Assembly (NCBI GenBank): GCA_031265685.1
Contig: JAISCI010000073.1
Location: 8,915 to 72,914, forward strand
Length of the DNA stretch: 64,000 nt
Origin: Clostridiales bacterium
GTDB taxonomy: Bacteria > Bacillota > Clostridia > Lachnospirales > WRAX01
Direction of reading: 5' to 3'
Shown here piece by piece: positions 1 through 9,773 of the stretch (the first letter of the stretch is position 1; each line of letters starts with the position of its first letter). Both the position numbers and the translations under genes were made by a program. The notes under the pieces are model-generated. The model was not told the origin of the DNA, made no database searches, and saw nothing but the letters and a program-made list of their open reading frames with translations.

Positions 1-6
1 GAATAA

Positions 7-51
7 CGAAAAAACCGCGGAAACGTCTTCTTGACCGACGTTTCCGCGGTT
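7..51 (-). terminator. Rho-independent terminator downstream of the GH2 gene
   Basis: Perfect 15-bp inverted repeat AACCGCGGAAACGTC (13-27) / GACGTTTCCGCGGTT (37-51) with a 9-nt loop. On the minus strand it is followed by a T-run (A-run 9-14 on plus). The CDS stop codon at 55-57 is 4 nt away. Confidence 0.8.
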
Positions 52-54
52 TCC

Positions 55-3000
55 TTATTCTGCGTCCGGTTCCATCGGCGGGGTCAGGGGACTGAACGCC
101 GCCGGATCCCACACGAACGCCTTGATTTTATAGCCGGGCGGAAGCTTGCTTACGTCGAAGCCGAACGCAAACGCCTGTTCGGCGTCAACGGACGCGGTAT
201 CCGTCCGAATCGCGGCAAGCCGCCCATCAGCCGTGTACACGCCGACGATAACGTACACAGGGACGGGCGCTCCGGTCGTGTTGCGCACCGTTACCGTGAC
301 GGCCGCCGTCCCGCCATCCAGCTCCGCGGAGACCGTCGCAGTCAGCGCGGGGATAACCGCCGCGTCCGTGTAGACGATAAGGTTGTCAACCTTGATCGCC
401 GTCTGGTACGTTCTGAAGCCGACCTTGCCGCCGTCGGAGCGTATGCCCTCCAGCGTGCCGCAATATACGTCGTTGACGTACAGCGCGGCGGAATCGGCTG
501 TGTTGACCACCTTAAAGTGGACGGCTCCGCTCACCGCCAGATCCAGCCCGACCTCGCCCGGGAGGATGAACAGGCGCTCCGCCGCGTCCACTGCCGTGCC
601 CGCGACGAACTCGAATATCTCGATCCTGACGCCCTGCTCGGCGGACATGTTGAGACGCGCGTGGACATAGTTGTCCTTGCCTTCGCCGTCTTTGTAGTAG
701 CGGAATACGATGCCGCCCGCCGCGCCGGACGCGGTGAGGTTATACGTCATGTCGGCTTCGATGGTATAATCCCGCCAATCGGTTTCGCCGGTTATGACAA
801 GCGTCGTGCCTGACATGCTGAGCTGGCCGTCGCTCAGCGTCGGGGCGGTTCCGGAGACGACGGTCCATTCGCCCGCTTCGTAATCGTCGAACGGCTCGTA
901 GAGCAGCACGCCTTCGCCGACGACGACGAGCGCTATCTCTTTTCGCGCCAGAATATCGCCGCCGCTCCAAATCTCCGCCATCAGCCTGTATTCGCCCTCG
1001 GTCGTCTCCGGGGATACCGTAACGGGCGCCTGGAACGCCTTCGTTTCAAACGCCGACGCGTTTACGTCCGTATCGGACACCGCAAAGCCTGCGGGGACGC
1101 CCGTGAATACGACCCGCGCCGTAATCGGATCCGCGCCCGTGTTGATAAGCGAGCCTTCGATCTGCCGCGTCGCGATTCCCGCGAACGTCAGTTTGTTCGT
1201 CGTTATGGAAGCGATCGGTTTGGCTTCGACCTGGACGTCGCCGACGGTTATCGGCACTGGTTCGCTGTACTCTGAGAGAGTACCGCCGTTCAGCGAGGCC
1301 ATCGAGAAGTAGTAGGTTTCGCCGTCTGCAAGGCCTGTTATGAGCGCCTGGTTGATCTGCTGGCGGTGCAGCGTAACCGTTTGATCCGGCGCGGCGGGAT
1401 CAAGACCGTATTTAATCACGTAGCCCGTGGACTTCGCGACGGGGTCAAACGTTAGGCTGACACGATCCGCCCCGGGTACGCCGCCGAGGATCTCCGGAAC
1501 GGCCCGCTCCTGATCCGCGCCCTCCGGCGTGACGGATATCGTCTCGGACCAGCAGCTCTCCGCCGTGTCCGTGACGACGCGGAAATTATATACATACTCG
1601 ACTCCCGGCGAAAGCCCGTCAACGCGGTACGCGCCGCCGGATGTTATGCCGGTTCGCGTAGTCCATGTTTCAGACGACGCGGCGCGGTAGCGTATCTCGA
1701 ACTTCGTGCCGTTCTTCGGCCAGTCGTTGTAGATATAGCCTACGTAAAACCCGCTGGCTATCGGCTCGGTGTGCAATATGATCGGCGGCGGCAGCGTTTC
1801 GGGGCTGTCCGCGCCCTGCGTGCGCGCTTTGACGACCGTGGATGCGGCGGTCTGCCCCTTAGCGTTTCTGGCCGTAACCCGGAACTGGTACTCCGTATCG
1901 GGGCTGAGGCCGGACACGGCGACGAAATCGTACAGCGTGGCGGTTCCGCTGGAGCCGAAACTTGTCGTGCCGTACGAAACCGTGTAGCTCGTCGCGCCCT
2001 CGGCTTTCGTGAACACGACGCGCGCGCCGGTTGTGCTGGTCACGATCTCTTTGATCTCCGGAACGGCCAGCGGGACGGAAACGTAGCTGAACGTCTCGTA
2101 TATCTCGTATCCCGTCGGCGCGACGACCGAGCCGCGCACAAGGCTGACGCCGCCCTCCGGCACGTTGAAAGCGAACGCGAACGCGCCGGTATAGCCGGGG
2201 TTCGAGCGCTCTATGGCGGGCAGGCTTATCAGCTTGCCGCCCGTCACATCGCCCGCCGAGTCCCGGATCTCAAGCTTGAGGAAATAACCTTCCATATAAT
2301 AGGAAGGGATCAGCGACGACGGCTTGATCGTCAGCGCCGCCGCGACGGACGCTACCGTGTCTTTCGCGGCGGTGTCGCCGGAAACGGTCAGCGTCAGCGA
2401 CTGCACGGGGGTGGACGCCTTGCGCATATTGTCGAACGCCAGTTTCTTGTCGCCCCAGACGGTCGTCGCGCCCCAGGAGCGGTTCTCGTTGGTGTTATAG
2501 GTGTAGGCGCTGCCGCTTGTCGCGTTGAAATTGGAACGGTAGTCGTTCAGCGTCCAAGACGACGCGGCGAACACCTGCGGCACGCTCGACAGATCGTTGA
2601 GGAACGACTGGTACCCCGGGCTTGAGCCTTGCAGACTGTCGGAATTAACCGATCCGCCGTACTCCGACCAGAACATCGGCATCTTTTGCTTGTTCCAAAG
2701 GTTGGTCGCGTTGGACGAGAAACCGCCGTAGCTGTTCTGGCTGACGAAATCCGACGACGTCGCGACGCTGTCGTTGACGGAACCTCCGGCCGCGCTTTGG
2801 CTCGGCTCGGTTATAAAGCGCGTCGCGTCCAGTTCCGTCAGTATCAGATTGCGCATATATATCCCGTAGTTTTTGACTTCGGTGTAATTGCCGCGCAGTT
2901 CGTTGCCGATACTCCACGCTATGATGGACGGGTGGTTGTAGTCCCGGTTAATCATCTCGGTATACCACTGCGCCGCCATGTTGACGCCGATCAGGCGCGA

Positions 3001-5490
3001 GAGGCCGTTTTGCGTCATCCAGTTTTTCCATATGGCGCTCATGCCCGATTCGGGGAAGGCGTTCGGGTTCTGGTCGCCCCAGACGGCGCCTTCGCACACG
3101 AGCATGAAGCCGACCTCGTCGCAGTAGTCCAGAATCTCTTTGTTCATAGGCACGTGGCTGACGCGCCCGAAGCTCATGCCCATGGACTTCATGTAGTCGA
3201 TGTCGCGCATCGTCACGAATTCCGGCTCGGTCTGCCCGTAGGCGCGGTCGTCCCAAACGCGGTTCGCGCCCGACGCGCGGAAAACCTTGCCGTTTAGCAG
3301 CGCCTCGCCCGCCGCTTTATTGAGCGTAAACGAGCGGAAACCGATATTGTCCGAAACGGTATCCATGACATTGCCCGCCGAGTCTTTGAGGACGGTCGTC
3401 ACCGTATACAGGTTCGGTCGGTCGGTATCCCACAGCTTTACCGACGCGAGATCCACCCTCGCGGCGGAAACCCGCGCTGACGAGCCGGCCGGAACGGACA
3501 GTGCCGCCGACGCGCGGGCGGTTTCCGAGCCGTCGGCCTTGTCGGTTATGATTGAGAGAATAGAGTAAGTCCGAGCCGACGACGAGCTGTTCGTCACGTT
3601 GTATTCGATATCTACCGTGCCGGAGCTGTCCGCGATGTTCGCCGCAGGCGTGACGTGCTGCCACTCGAACCGCGCCGCGTTGCCCACGATCAGCTCCGCG
3701 CCGCCGTTGATTCCGCCCCACTTGAACCACGCGCCGTTCGCGGTATCGAGCTTGCGGATCGTATCCACGCCCCAGCCGTAGGCGTTGCTGACGGCTATGG
3801 CGACGGTATTCGCGCCGCCGTAGTTCAGGTATTGGTCGACGCGCAGATCGAACGTGGTGTAGCCGCCGTCGTGCGTACCGGCCTCGTTTCCGTTGACGTA
3901 GACTATACAGTCGTGATATACGCGGTCGAGCCGCAGATAGGCGGGATAACCTTCCGCGTCCGCGCCGACGGTGAACGAGCGCGAGTACCACGCCGTTCCT
4001 ACATATAAGTTCAATTCGTCGTTGTACGAGTTCCAGCTGCCCGGAACGGTTATGCCGCTCCAGGAAGCCGTGTCCTCCTCCGACCAGTCGTTTGCGCCCA
4101 GCGCCGCCGCGTCGGTCTTGAATTTCCAATCGCCGCCCAAGTCGGTTATGATCTTGCCGCCGTCCGACCCGGGCAGCGGGTCGGATACGGGCGCTTCCGT
4201 TGTGAAGCCGAGCAGCAGCGGCGGGTTTTTAACGCCGTCGCCGAGCGGGCTTTTAACGTCCGGGCCGATCGACACGGCGTACTCCGACGAAGCCTGAAGC
4301 GGAGCGTCCGGCGTTATCGTGACGACCGCGCCGTTCGCGCTGACCGTCGCGGGTACGAGCGTTTCGCCTTTCAGAAGCGTCACCCCGCCCGCCGTGGCGG
4401 CGTCAACCGCCGCGCTGAAATTGACGGTTATCGCCCCGGCCAAAGCCACGCCGGTCGTTTGGCCGAGCGCGGCGGTCAGATACGTTTCGCCCGGCGCGGG
4501 CGGCGAATACGTGAACGAGCGCCCGTCGGAAGCCGTTTTCGCGCCGCTGGCCGAAAACGCCGTCACCGTTACCGAAACAGCCCCCGCCGAATCGGGCGTG
4601 AACGTGTGCGTGAACGCTCCGTTGCTATCGAGCGTAAGTGCGGCGGGCGCTCCACCGCTGACGCTGATTTCCGCCGTAGCCGCTCCCGTCGTCGTCCCCG
4701 TCACCGTAACAGCCGAAACGAGCGCCGCGCCCTCGGACGGGGCGGTGATCGCCACGGTTGGGGCGGCGGTTTCGTATACGGAGAGGTCTTTGACGTAGGT
4801 TTCGCAGCCATAGGCGCGCAGACCAATGAAGTTGTTTCCGATGTCCGAGGATTTAGCGGACGTCAGCACATACGCGCCGTCAACGTAGATATCTATCGTG
4901 CTCCCGTACACGACCGCCGACAGTGTGTAGTACTTGTCATACGCGACAGGCAGGCTTACCGTCGGCCTGTTGGCCGCGGGATCCGACGAGACGGATGGAT
5001 CCGCCGCGATGGCGCCGCCGTTTATCCACTGAATCTCTTGAACGCGCTGATTGCTGCCGTTTCTGTCCAAGCGCGGGTGATAGAAATTCTTCACGTCGGA
5101 GCCGAGTGCGATCCCCGCCGACGTGCTGGACTGTCCCGCCAAAATCAGTTTCAGCGTCGTCTGAACGATATATTCCGATTTTCCGCTCCACGCCGACTTA
5201 TCTTTAAACAGGGCGGTTATGTAGCTTGATCCGGCGTAGACCGCCTTAAGTTTCAAAACGTCGTCCGTGCCGTCTTTTCCCGCCGTAAGCGTGCAATTCG
5301 CGGTCGCGTCGGTATTGAATTGGCTCACGTCCGTCAAATCAACGCTGTACAGCTTGGCGCCCAAAGCCAGCGGCCCGGCGGCCGCCGCCTGAACGCGGGC
5401 GCTCACCGTGAACAGCGACAGCACCGTCGCCAGCGACAAGGGTATCGCGAACAGTCTCTTTAGTCTTAACTTTCCAAAGCCAAATTTCAC
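55..5490 (-). CDS. Secreted multidomain glycoside hydrolase family 2 protein (GH2 core flanked by Ig-like/FN3 and LamG/DUF1080-like modules)
   Basis: 1811-aa ORF with N-terminal signal peptide MKFGFGKLRLKRLFAIPLSLATVLSLFTVSARVQA. GH2 sugar-binding region WSGITVPGSWNSY..GTAWYSRSF. Acid/base motif NHPSIIAWSIGNE and nucleophile region MFWSEYGG. Several ~90-aa FN3-like repeats (..TSYTVSYG..YQFRVTARN.., ..YVYNFRVV.., ..YYFSMASLN..). Confidence 0.85.
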   Translation of the reverse strand: MKFGFGKLRLKRLFAIPLSLATVLSLFTVSARVQAAAAGPLALGAKLYSVDLTDVSQFNTDATANCTLTAGKDGTDDVLKLKAVYAGSSYITALFKDKSAWSGKSEYIVQTTLKLILAGQSSTSAGIALGSDVKNFYHPRLDRNGSNQRVQEIQWINGGAIAADPSVSSDPAANRPTVSLPVAYDKYYTLSAVVYGSTIDIYVDGAYVLTSAKSSDIGNNFIGLRAYGCETYVKDLSVYETAAPTVAITAPSEGAALVSAVTVTGTTTGAATAEISVSGGAPAALTLDSNGAFTHTFTPDSAGAVSVTVTAFSASGAKTASDGRSFTYSPPAPGETYLTAALGQTTGVALAGAITVNFSAAVDAATAGGVTLLKGETLVPATVSANGAVVTITPDAPLQASSEYAVSIGPDVKSPLGDGVKNPPLLLGFTTEAPVSDPLPGSDGGKIITDLGGDWKFKTDAAALGANDWSEEDTASWSGITVPGSWNSYNDELNLYVGTAWYSRSFTVGADAEGYPAYLRLDRVYHDCIVYVNGNEAGTHDGGYTTFDLRVDQYLNYGGANTVAIAVSNAYGWGVDTIRKLDTANGAWFKWGGINGGAELIVGNAARFEWQHVTPAANIADSSGTVDIEYNVTNSSSSARTYSILSIITDKADGSETARASAALSVPAGSSARVSAARVDLASVKLWDTDRPNLYTVTTVLKDSAGNVMDTVSDNIGFRSFTLNKAAGEALLNGKVFRASGANRVWDDRAYGQTEPEFVTMRDIDYMKSMGMSFGRVSHVPMNKEILDYCDEVGFMLVCEGAVWGDQNPNAFPESGMSAIWKNWMTQNGLSRLIGVNMAAQWYTEMINRDYNHPSIIAWSIGNELRGNYTEVKNYGIYMRNLILTELDATRFITEPSQSAAGGSVNDSVATSSDFVSQNSYGGFSSNATNLWNKQKMPMFWSEYGGSVNSDSLQGSSPGYQSFLNDLSSVPQVFAASSWTLNDYRSNFNATSGSAYTYNTNENRSWGATTVWGDKKLAFDNMRKASTPVQSLTLTVSGDTAAKDTVASVAAALTIKPSSLIPSYYMEGYFLKLEIRDSAGDVTGGKLISLPAIERSNPGYTGAFAFAFNVPEGGVSLVRGSVVAPTGYEIYETFSYVSVPLAVPEIKEIVTSTTGARVVFTKAEGATSYTVSYGTTSFGSSGTATLYDFVAVSGLSPDTEYQFRVTARNAKGQTAASTVVKARTQGADSPETLPPPIILHTEPIASGFYVGYIYNDWPKNGTKFEIRYRAASSETWTTRTGITSGGAYRVDGLSPGVEYVYNFRVVTDTAESCWSETISVTPEGADQERAVPEILGGVPGADRVSLTFDPVAKSTGYVIKYGLDPAAPDQTVTLHRQQINQALITGLADGETYYFSMASLNGGTLSEYSEPVPITVGDVQVEAKPIASITTNKLTFAGIATRQIEGSLINTGADPITARVVFTGVPAGFAVSDTDVNASAFETKAFQAPVTVSPETTEGEYRLMAEIWSGGDILARKEIALVVVGEGVLLYEPFDDYEAGEWTVVSGTAPTLSDGQLSMSGTTLVITGETDWRDYTIEADMTYNLTASGAAGGIVFRYYKDGEGKDNYVHARLNMSAEQGVRIEIFEFVAGTAVDAAERLFILPGEVGLDLAVSGAVHFKVVNTADSAALYVNDVYCGTLEGIRSDGGKVGFRTYQTAIKVDNLIVYTDAAVIPALTATVSAELDGGTAAVTVTVRNTTGAPVPVYVIVGVYTADGRLAAIRTDTASVDAEQAFAFGFDVSKLPPGYKIKAFVWDPAAFSPLTPPMEPDAE

Positions 5491-5812
5491 CGCGGAATCA
5501 GCCCCTTCGTTTCTATTATCGCTTCCATTATCAAAATACGGAACGCTCCATTGCCGTTACTTATTCATTGTACCATACCGGCAAGCCTCCCGCCTTGAAA
5601 ATCGTGCAAAACTTCTAGATTTTAATGCATGTTTGCGCGTTAGTTGTGCTTTTCTAATCAAAAATCCGCCGCCAAATATAATTATTCTATACTTAACGCC
5701 GCGCTTTGCGTGGCGAACGGATATAGCGGCAGCGTTGCGCGTGACGGCAGGATTATCCGGCTTTGGCAAACGCTTCAATCATCGAAACAACCGTGCCGTG
5801 CCGCGGCCGCTC

Positions 5813-5844
5813 CGACTGGTTTTTGAAGCGACTGGTTTTTGAAG
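5813..5844. repeat. Perfect 16-bp tandem duplication CGACTGGTTTTTGAAG x2 in the divergent GH2/rnz intergenic region
   Basis: 5813-5828 and 5829-5844 are identical and directly adjacent. Confidence 0.9.
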
Positions 5845-5906
5845 ATTTGATGCTTCCAGCCCCTTACAGGCGCGGTGATTCTGACGCTCTCCAGCGTAAA
5901 AACATG

Positions 5907-5935
5907 TTGACTAAAGAAATTTGCTGTGGTATCAT
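5907..5935 (+). promoter_or_regulatory. Putative sigma-A promoter for rnz
   Basis: TTGACT (5907-5912), 17-nt spacer, TATCAT (5930-5935) preceded by TGg (extended -10 like). It lies 57 nt upstream of the rnz ATG. Confidence 0.4.
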
Positions 5936-5991
5936 TAATGCTAGAGCGGTTGAAATTATAAAAGCGCGCGGCGTCAGAAATGAGGTAATCA

Positions 5992-6921
5992 ATGCTTGAT
6001 ATAGCTCTGCTCGGCTGCGGCGGTATGATGCCGCTTTCAAACAGGTATCTGACGGCGCTTCTGTGCCGGCTGAACGGCAGTCTGCTGCTGATAGACTGCG
6101 GCGAGGCCACGCAGGTTACTATGAAGACACTGGGCTGGGGCTTCAAAAACCTTGATACTATCTGTATCACTCATTTTCATGCCGACCATATATCCGGCTT
6201 GCCGGGATTGTTGCTGATGACGGCAAATTCCGGCAGAGAGGACCCGATAACGATAATCGGTCCGCAGGGTGTTGCGGAGATTGTGCGTTGTCTGACCGTC
6301 ATCGCGTCCGATCTGCCGTTTGAGCTGGAGTTTATAGAGATACCGCGCGGTCGCCGCGAGTTTTCAGTTTCCGCGCATGGGTACGGCGTGTCCGCGCTTC
6401 ATCTCAATCATGGCGCGGTATGCTACGGCTACAGCCTGTCCGTGCCGCGCGGCGGCAAGTTCGACCTTGAGCGGGCGAAAGCGCTTAACCTGCCTGTCCG
6501 GTTTTGGAACCCTCTTCAAAAGGGGAGCGCCGTCGAGTTCGAGGGACGGACGTACACGCCGGACATGGTTCTCGGCCCCGCGCGCAAGGGCATCAAGGCG
6601 ACATACGTAACCGACACGCGCCCCGCGCCGTCCATCCCGGATTTTGCGCGAGGATCGGATATTTTTATATGTGAGGGTTTGTACGGCGACCCGGCGCTGT
6701 CTGAAAAGGCGCGGGAGCACAAACACATGACGTTTACCGAGGCCGCGCGGCTCGCGGTTGCGGGAGGCGTAAGCGAGCTTTGGCTTACGCATTTCAGCCC
6801 CGCCATGCAGAATCCGAAGGAATTTATAGGCAACGCGCGGGCGATATTCCCGAATACGTATTGCGGATACGACCGGAAGACGGCGACTATCTTGTTTGAG
6901 GATGAGGACGAGGCGGATTGA
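5992..6921 (+). CDS. rnz: Ribonuclease Z (MBL-fold tRNA 3-prime endonuclease)
   Basis: 309 aa. N-terminus LLGCGGMMP..LLIDCGEATQ and the metallo-beta-lactamase motif HFHADHISGLPGLL. Length is typical for short-form RNase Z. Confidence 0.8.
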   Translation: MLDIALLGCGGMMPLSNRYLTALLCRLNGSLLLIDCGEATQVTMKTLGWGFKNLDTICITHFHADHISGLPGLLLMTANSGREDPITIIGPQGVAEIVRCLTVIASDLPFELEFIEIPRGRREFSVSAHGYGVSALHLNHGAVCYGYSLSVPRGGKFDLERAKALNLPVRFWNPLQKGSAVEFEGRTYTPDMVLGPARKGIKATYVTDTRPAPSIPDFARGSDIFICEGLYGDPALSEKAREHKHMTFTEAARLAVAGGVSELWLTHFSPAMQNPKEFIGNARAIFPNTYCGYDRKTATILFEDEDEAD

Positions 6922-7754
6922 ACGTCGCGATAGCGGGACTGGGGTTGATCGGCGGATCGTTCGCGAAGGCGATCGCCGCGCGGACGCGACACCGAGTGAC
7001 GGGATACGACATTTCGGCGGACGTGGAGCGACGCGCGCTCGACGCGGGATTGATCGACGGCGCGGGGCTTAATACGTTCGACGGCGCTGATTTGACGCTG
7101 ATCGCGCTGTATCCCGGAGCGGCGGCGGAGTTTATGCGAGTCAACGCGCGGCGTTTCAAACCTGGGTCGATCGTCGTCGACATGTGCGGCGTCAAGCGGT
7201 ATATCGTGAAGGCCGCGCGGGGATTGTTCGGCGAGGGCGTCACGTATATCGGCGGGCATCCGATGGCCGGGCGCGAGTACAGCGGGTTCGACGCGTCGCG
7301 GACCGAGCTTTTCGACGGAGCCAGCATGATTCTGACGCCGGACGAGACCGTCGGCCCGGACAAGCTGGAGCGGGCGCGGAATTTCTTCCTGGCGCTGGGT
7401 TTTGGCGGCGTGACTCTGACTACGCCCGACCGCCACGACGAGATAATCGCTTTCACGTCCCAGATGGCGCACATCGTCTCGAGCGGGTATGCCCAAAACC
7501 CGATAGCGCGGAATTTCAGCGGGTTTTCGGCGGGCAGTTTCGCGGATATGACCCGCGTAGCGAAGCTTGATGAGAATATGTGGACGGAGCTGTTCCTGCT
7601 GAACGCCGACTACCTGACCGAGCAGCTGGACATTCTGGTCGAGAACCTAGCGGGTTTCCGCGAAAGGATCGCCGCGCGCGACGCCGAAGGCCTTAAAAGT
7701 ATGTTGCGGCGCGGACGCGAGATCAAGGAATATTTGATGGAAAGCGAAAAATAA
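6918..7754 (+). CDS. tyrA: Prephenate dehydrogenase
   Basis: 278 aa. Rossmann motif IAGLGLIGGSFAKAI. Motifs GGHPMAGREYSGF..ILTP and HDEIIAFTSQMAHI. TTG start overlaps the rnz stop (TTGA). Confidence 0.8.
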   Translation: MNVAIAGLGLIGGSFAKAIAARTRHRVTGYDISADVERRALDAGLIDGAGLNTFDGADLTLIALYPGAAAEFMRVNARRFKPGSIVVDMCGVKRYIVKAARGLFGEGVTYIGGHPMAGREYSGFDASRTELFDGASMILTPDETVGPDKLERARNFFLALGFGGVTLTTPDRHDEIIAFTSQMAHIVSSGYAQNPIARNFSGFSAGSFADMTRVAKLDENMWTELFLLNADYLTEQLDILVENLAGFRERIAARDAEGLKSMLRRGREIKEYLMESEK

Positions 7755-8491
7755 TGCGAATGTTATTGACGATAGCTTACGACGGCTCGCTTTACGCCGG
7801 ATGGCAGCGCCAGCCAAACGCGCCGACGATTCAGGAAACGCTTGAGTCGGCGCTTTTTCGGTTATATAAAACGCCTGTGGCGGCTCAGGGCGCCAGCCGG
7901 ACGGATGCGGGCGTCCACGCGGCGGGGCAGCGCGCCGCCTTCGACGAGGCGGGCGGCGTATCCGTACCGACGGACAAACTTCCCTACGCCCTCAATACCT
8001 TTCTGCCGGACGATATACGCGCCACCGCCGCGCGGATCGTGCCGGACGGTTTCGACCCCATCCGAAGCGCCAAACAAAAGACTTACGAATATCGTATATA
8101 TAACGGGGCTTTCATGGACCCGTGCCTGCGTCGGTACGCCGAGCATATCCGCGCTCCGCTCGATATGCGATCCATGCGGCTCGCCGCCGCCGCGTTTGTC
8201 GGCGAGCGCGACTTCGCGGCTTTTCGCGCCGCAGGCGGATCCGCCAGGACGACCGTCCGCCGGATCCTCGCGCTCGGCGTATCCGAGGCGGGCGGTCTGG
8301 TCACGATACGCGTCACGGGCAATGGATTTCTGTACAACATGGTTCGGATCATCGCCGGTACGCTCGTTTACGCCGGCACAGGGAAACTTCGCGCCCAGGA
8401 CGTCCCAGGGATCATCGAATCCCGCGACCGCGCGCGCGCGGGCAAGACGCTGGCCGCAAAAGGGCTGACGCTGGTGAATATTGACTACTGA
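7754..8491 (+). CDS. truA: tRNA pseudouridine(38-40) synthase
   Basis: 245 aa. AYDGSLYAGWQRQPN and the catalytic region GASRTDAGVHAAGQ. The ATG overlaps the tyrA stop (TAATG). Confidence 0.9.
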   Translation: MRMLLTIAYDGSLYAGWQRQPNAPTIQETLESALFRLYKTPVAAQGASRTDAGVHAAGQRAAFDEAGGVSVPTDKLPYALNTFLPDDIRATAARIVPDGFDPIRSAKQKTYEYRIYNGAFMDPCLRRYAEHIRAPLDMRSMRLAAAAFVGERDFAAFRAAGGSARTTVRRILALGVSEAGGLVTIRVTGNGFLYNMVRIIAGTLVYAGTGKLRAQDVPGIIESRDRARAGKTLAAKGLTLVNIDY

Positions 8492-9226
8492 ATGCTTGAA
8501 GGTGATTACATGGCGAACCGCGCCGTACCCGAGATAACGGGTTCGCTTCGCAAACACATAATTCGCGTGCCGGATGTGATCCGCCGCGAGGCGTCCGGGA
8601 TCAGCATCATGGGCAAGACCATCTATTCTATGCTGTTCACGACGGACATAGCGATAATCCGCAACTGCAACGCCGACGCCATTATCGCCGTTTATCCGTT
8701 TACGCCGCATCCGGCGGTTACGCAGGCTATCATGTCGGCGGCGGACATGCCCGTGCTGTGCGGTGTCGGCGGCGGCACGACGCAGGGGCTGCGCTCGGTC
8801 AACGTGGCGCTGCACGCTGAGTTTCAGGGGGCGCTGGCGGTCGTGCTCAACGCGCCCGTTCCGGAGCGGCTCATCAGCGACGTTAAGGAGACGGTGGACA
8901 TACCCGTCGTGCTGACCGTCGTGTCCGAGCTGACCGACATAAGCGGCAAGCTGGCGGCTGGCGCTGATATACTTAATGTATCCGGCGGCGCGAATACCGC
9001 GAGAATCGTCCGGACCATCCGCGCCGGCTACCCGAAGCTGCCGATAATAGCGACGGGCGGACCGACCGAGGAGACGATCCGCGAGACGATCGAGTCCGGG
9101 GCGAACGCGATAACCTACACCCCGCCCTCGAACGGCGAGCTGTTTAAGGTAATGATGGAAAAGTATCGTTTGGATGAGATCGAGCGAGCGGGCAGACTGA
9201 AGGAGGGCGAGCATGGACGACATTAA
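8492..9226 (+). CDS. Uncharacterised TIM-barrel-like protein
   Basis: 244-aa ORF packed tightly after truA. It shows an alternating beta/alpha pattern with Gly-rich phosphate-binding-like ends (GVGGGTT, IIATGGPTEETI). Function is not assignable by eye. Confidence 0.6.
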   Translation: MLEGDYMANRAVPEITGSLRKHIIRVPDVIRREASGISIMGKTIYSMLFTTDIAIIRNCNADAIIAVYPFTPHPAVTQAIMSAADMPVLCGVGGGTTQGLRSVNVALHAEFQGALAVVLNAPVPERLISDVKETVDIPVVLTVVSELTDISGKLAAGADILNVSGGANTARIVRTIRAGYPKLPIIATGGPTEETIRETIESGANAITYTPPSNGELFKVMMEKYRLDEIERAGRLKEGEHGRH

Positions 9227-9725
9227 GTCAACGATAACCGATCTGGCGGGAAACGTCGCGAAAACATCGTCGCGGTTCCTCAAGTCAACAAAACTTTCCA
9301 TGGCGCTTTCGAGTGAGGAACAGAAGCTCAAAAACCTGTATATCGAGATAGGCAAGAAGGTTCACGAGATTTACACCTACGGCGGCAGCCTGGGCGGGGT
9401 GTTCGACGAGTGCTACGCTCGGCTGCGTGAGCTGGACACGCGCATAAAAGACATAAAGCGCGAGATCGCCGAGAGCCGCGGCCTGACCGCCTGCCCGAAA
9501 TGCGGCGCGAGGGTTGACCGCGACTCCGACTTCTGCCCGAAATGCGGCAGTCAGCTTTCGGGAGCAGCGCCCGCTCCGACTCGCTCTATGGTCTCTCCAA
9601 CCTATCAGACCGAGCCGGCGCCGAACGCGCCGCTCCCGGCGGAATCGGGAAAGGCCTGTCCGGTGTGCGGTCGGAGGAACGGACTTGGAGAACGGTTCTG
9701 CGTGGCTTGCGGGCGGGCGCTCTAG
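9213..9725 (+). CDS. Zinc-ribbon domain protein
   Basis: 170 aa. Two CxxC-N10-14-CxxC ribbons (CPKCGARVDRDSDFCPKCG; CPVCGRRNGLGERFCVACG) follow a coiled-coil-like N-terminus. It overlaps the preceding CDS by 14 nt. Confidence 0.65.
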   Translation: MDDIKSTITDLAGNVAKTSSRFLKSTKLSMALSSEEQKLKNLYIEIGKKVHEIYTYGGSLGGVFDECYARLRELDTRIKDIKREIAESRGLTACPKCGARVDRDSDFCPKCGSQLSGAAPAPTRSMVSPTYQTEPAPNAPLPAESGKACPVCGRRNGLGERFCVACGRAL

Positions 9726-9773
9726 GCGCGGAGTATCTCCGTAAAACAAGAAACGAGAAGGAGACAGGTTCCC

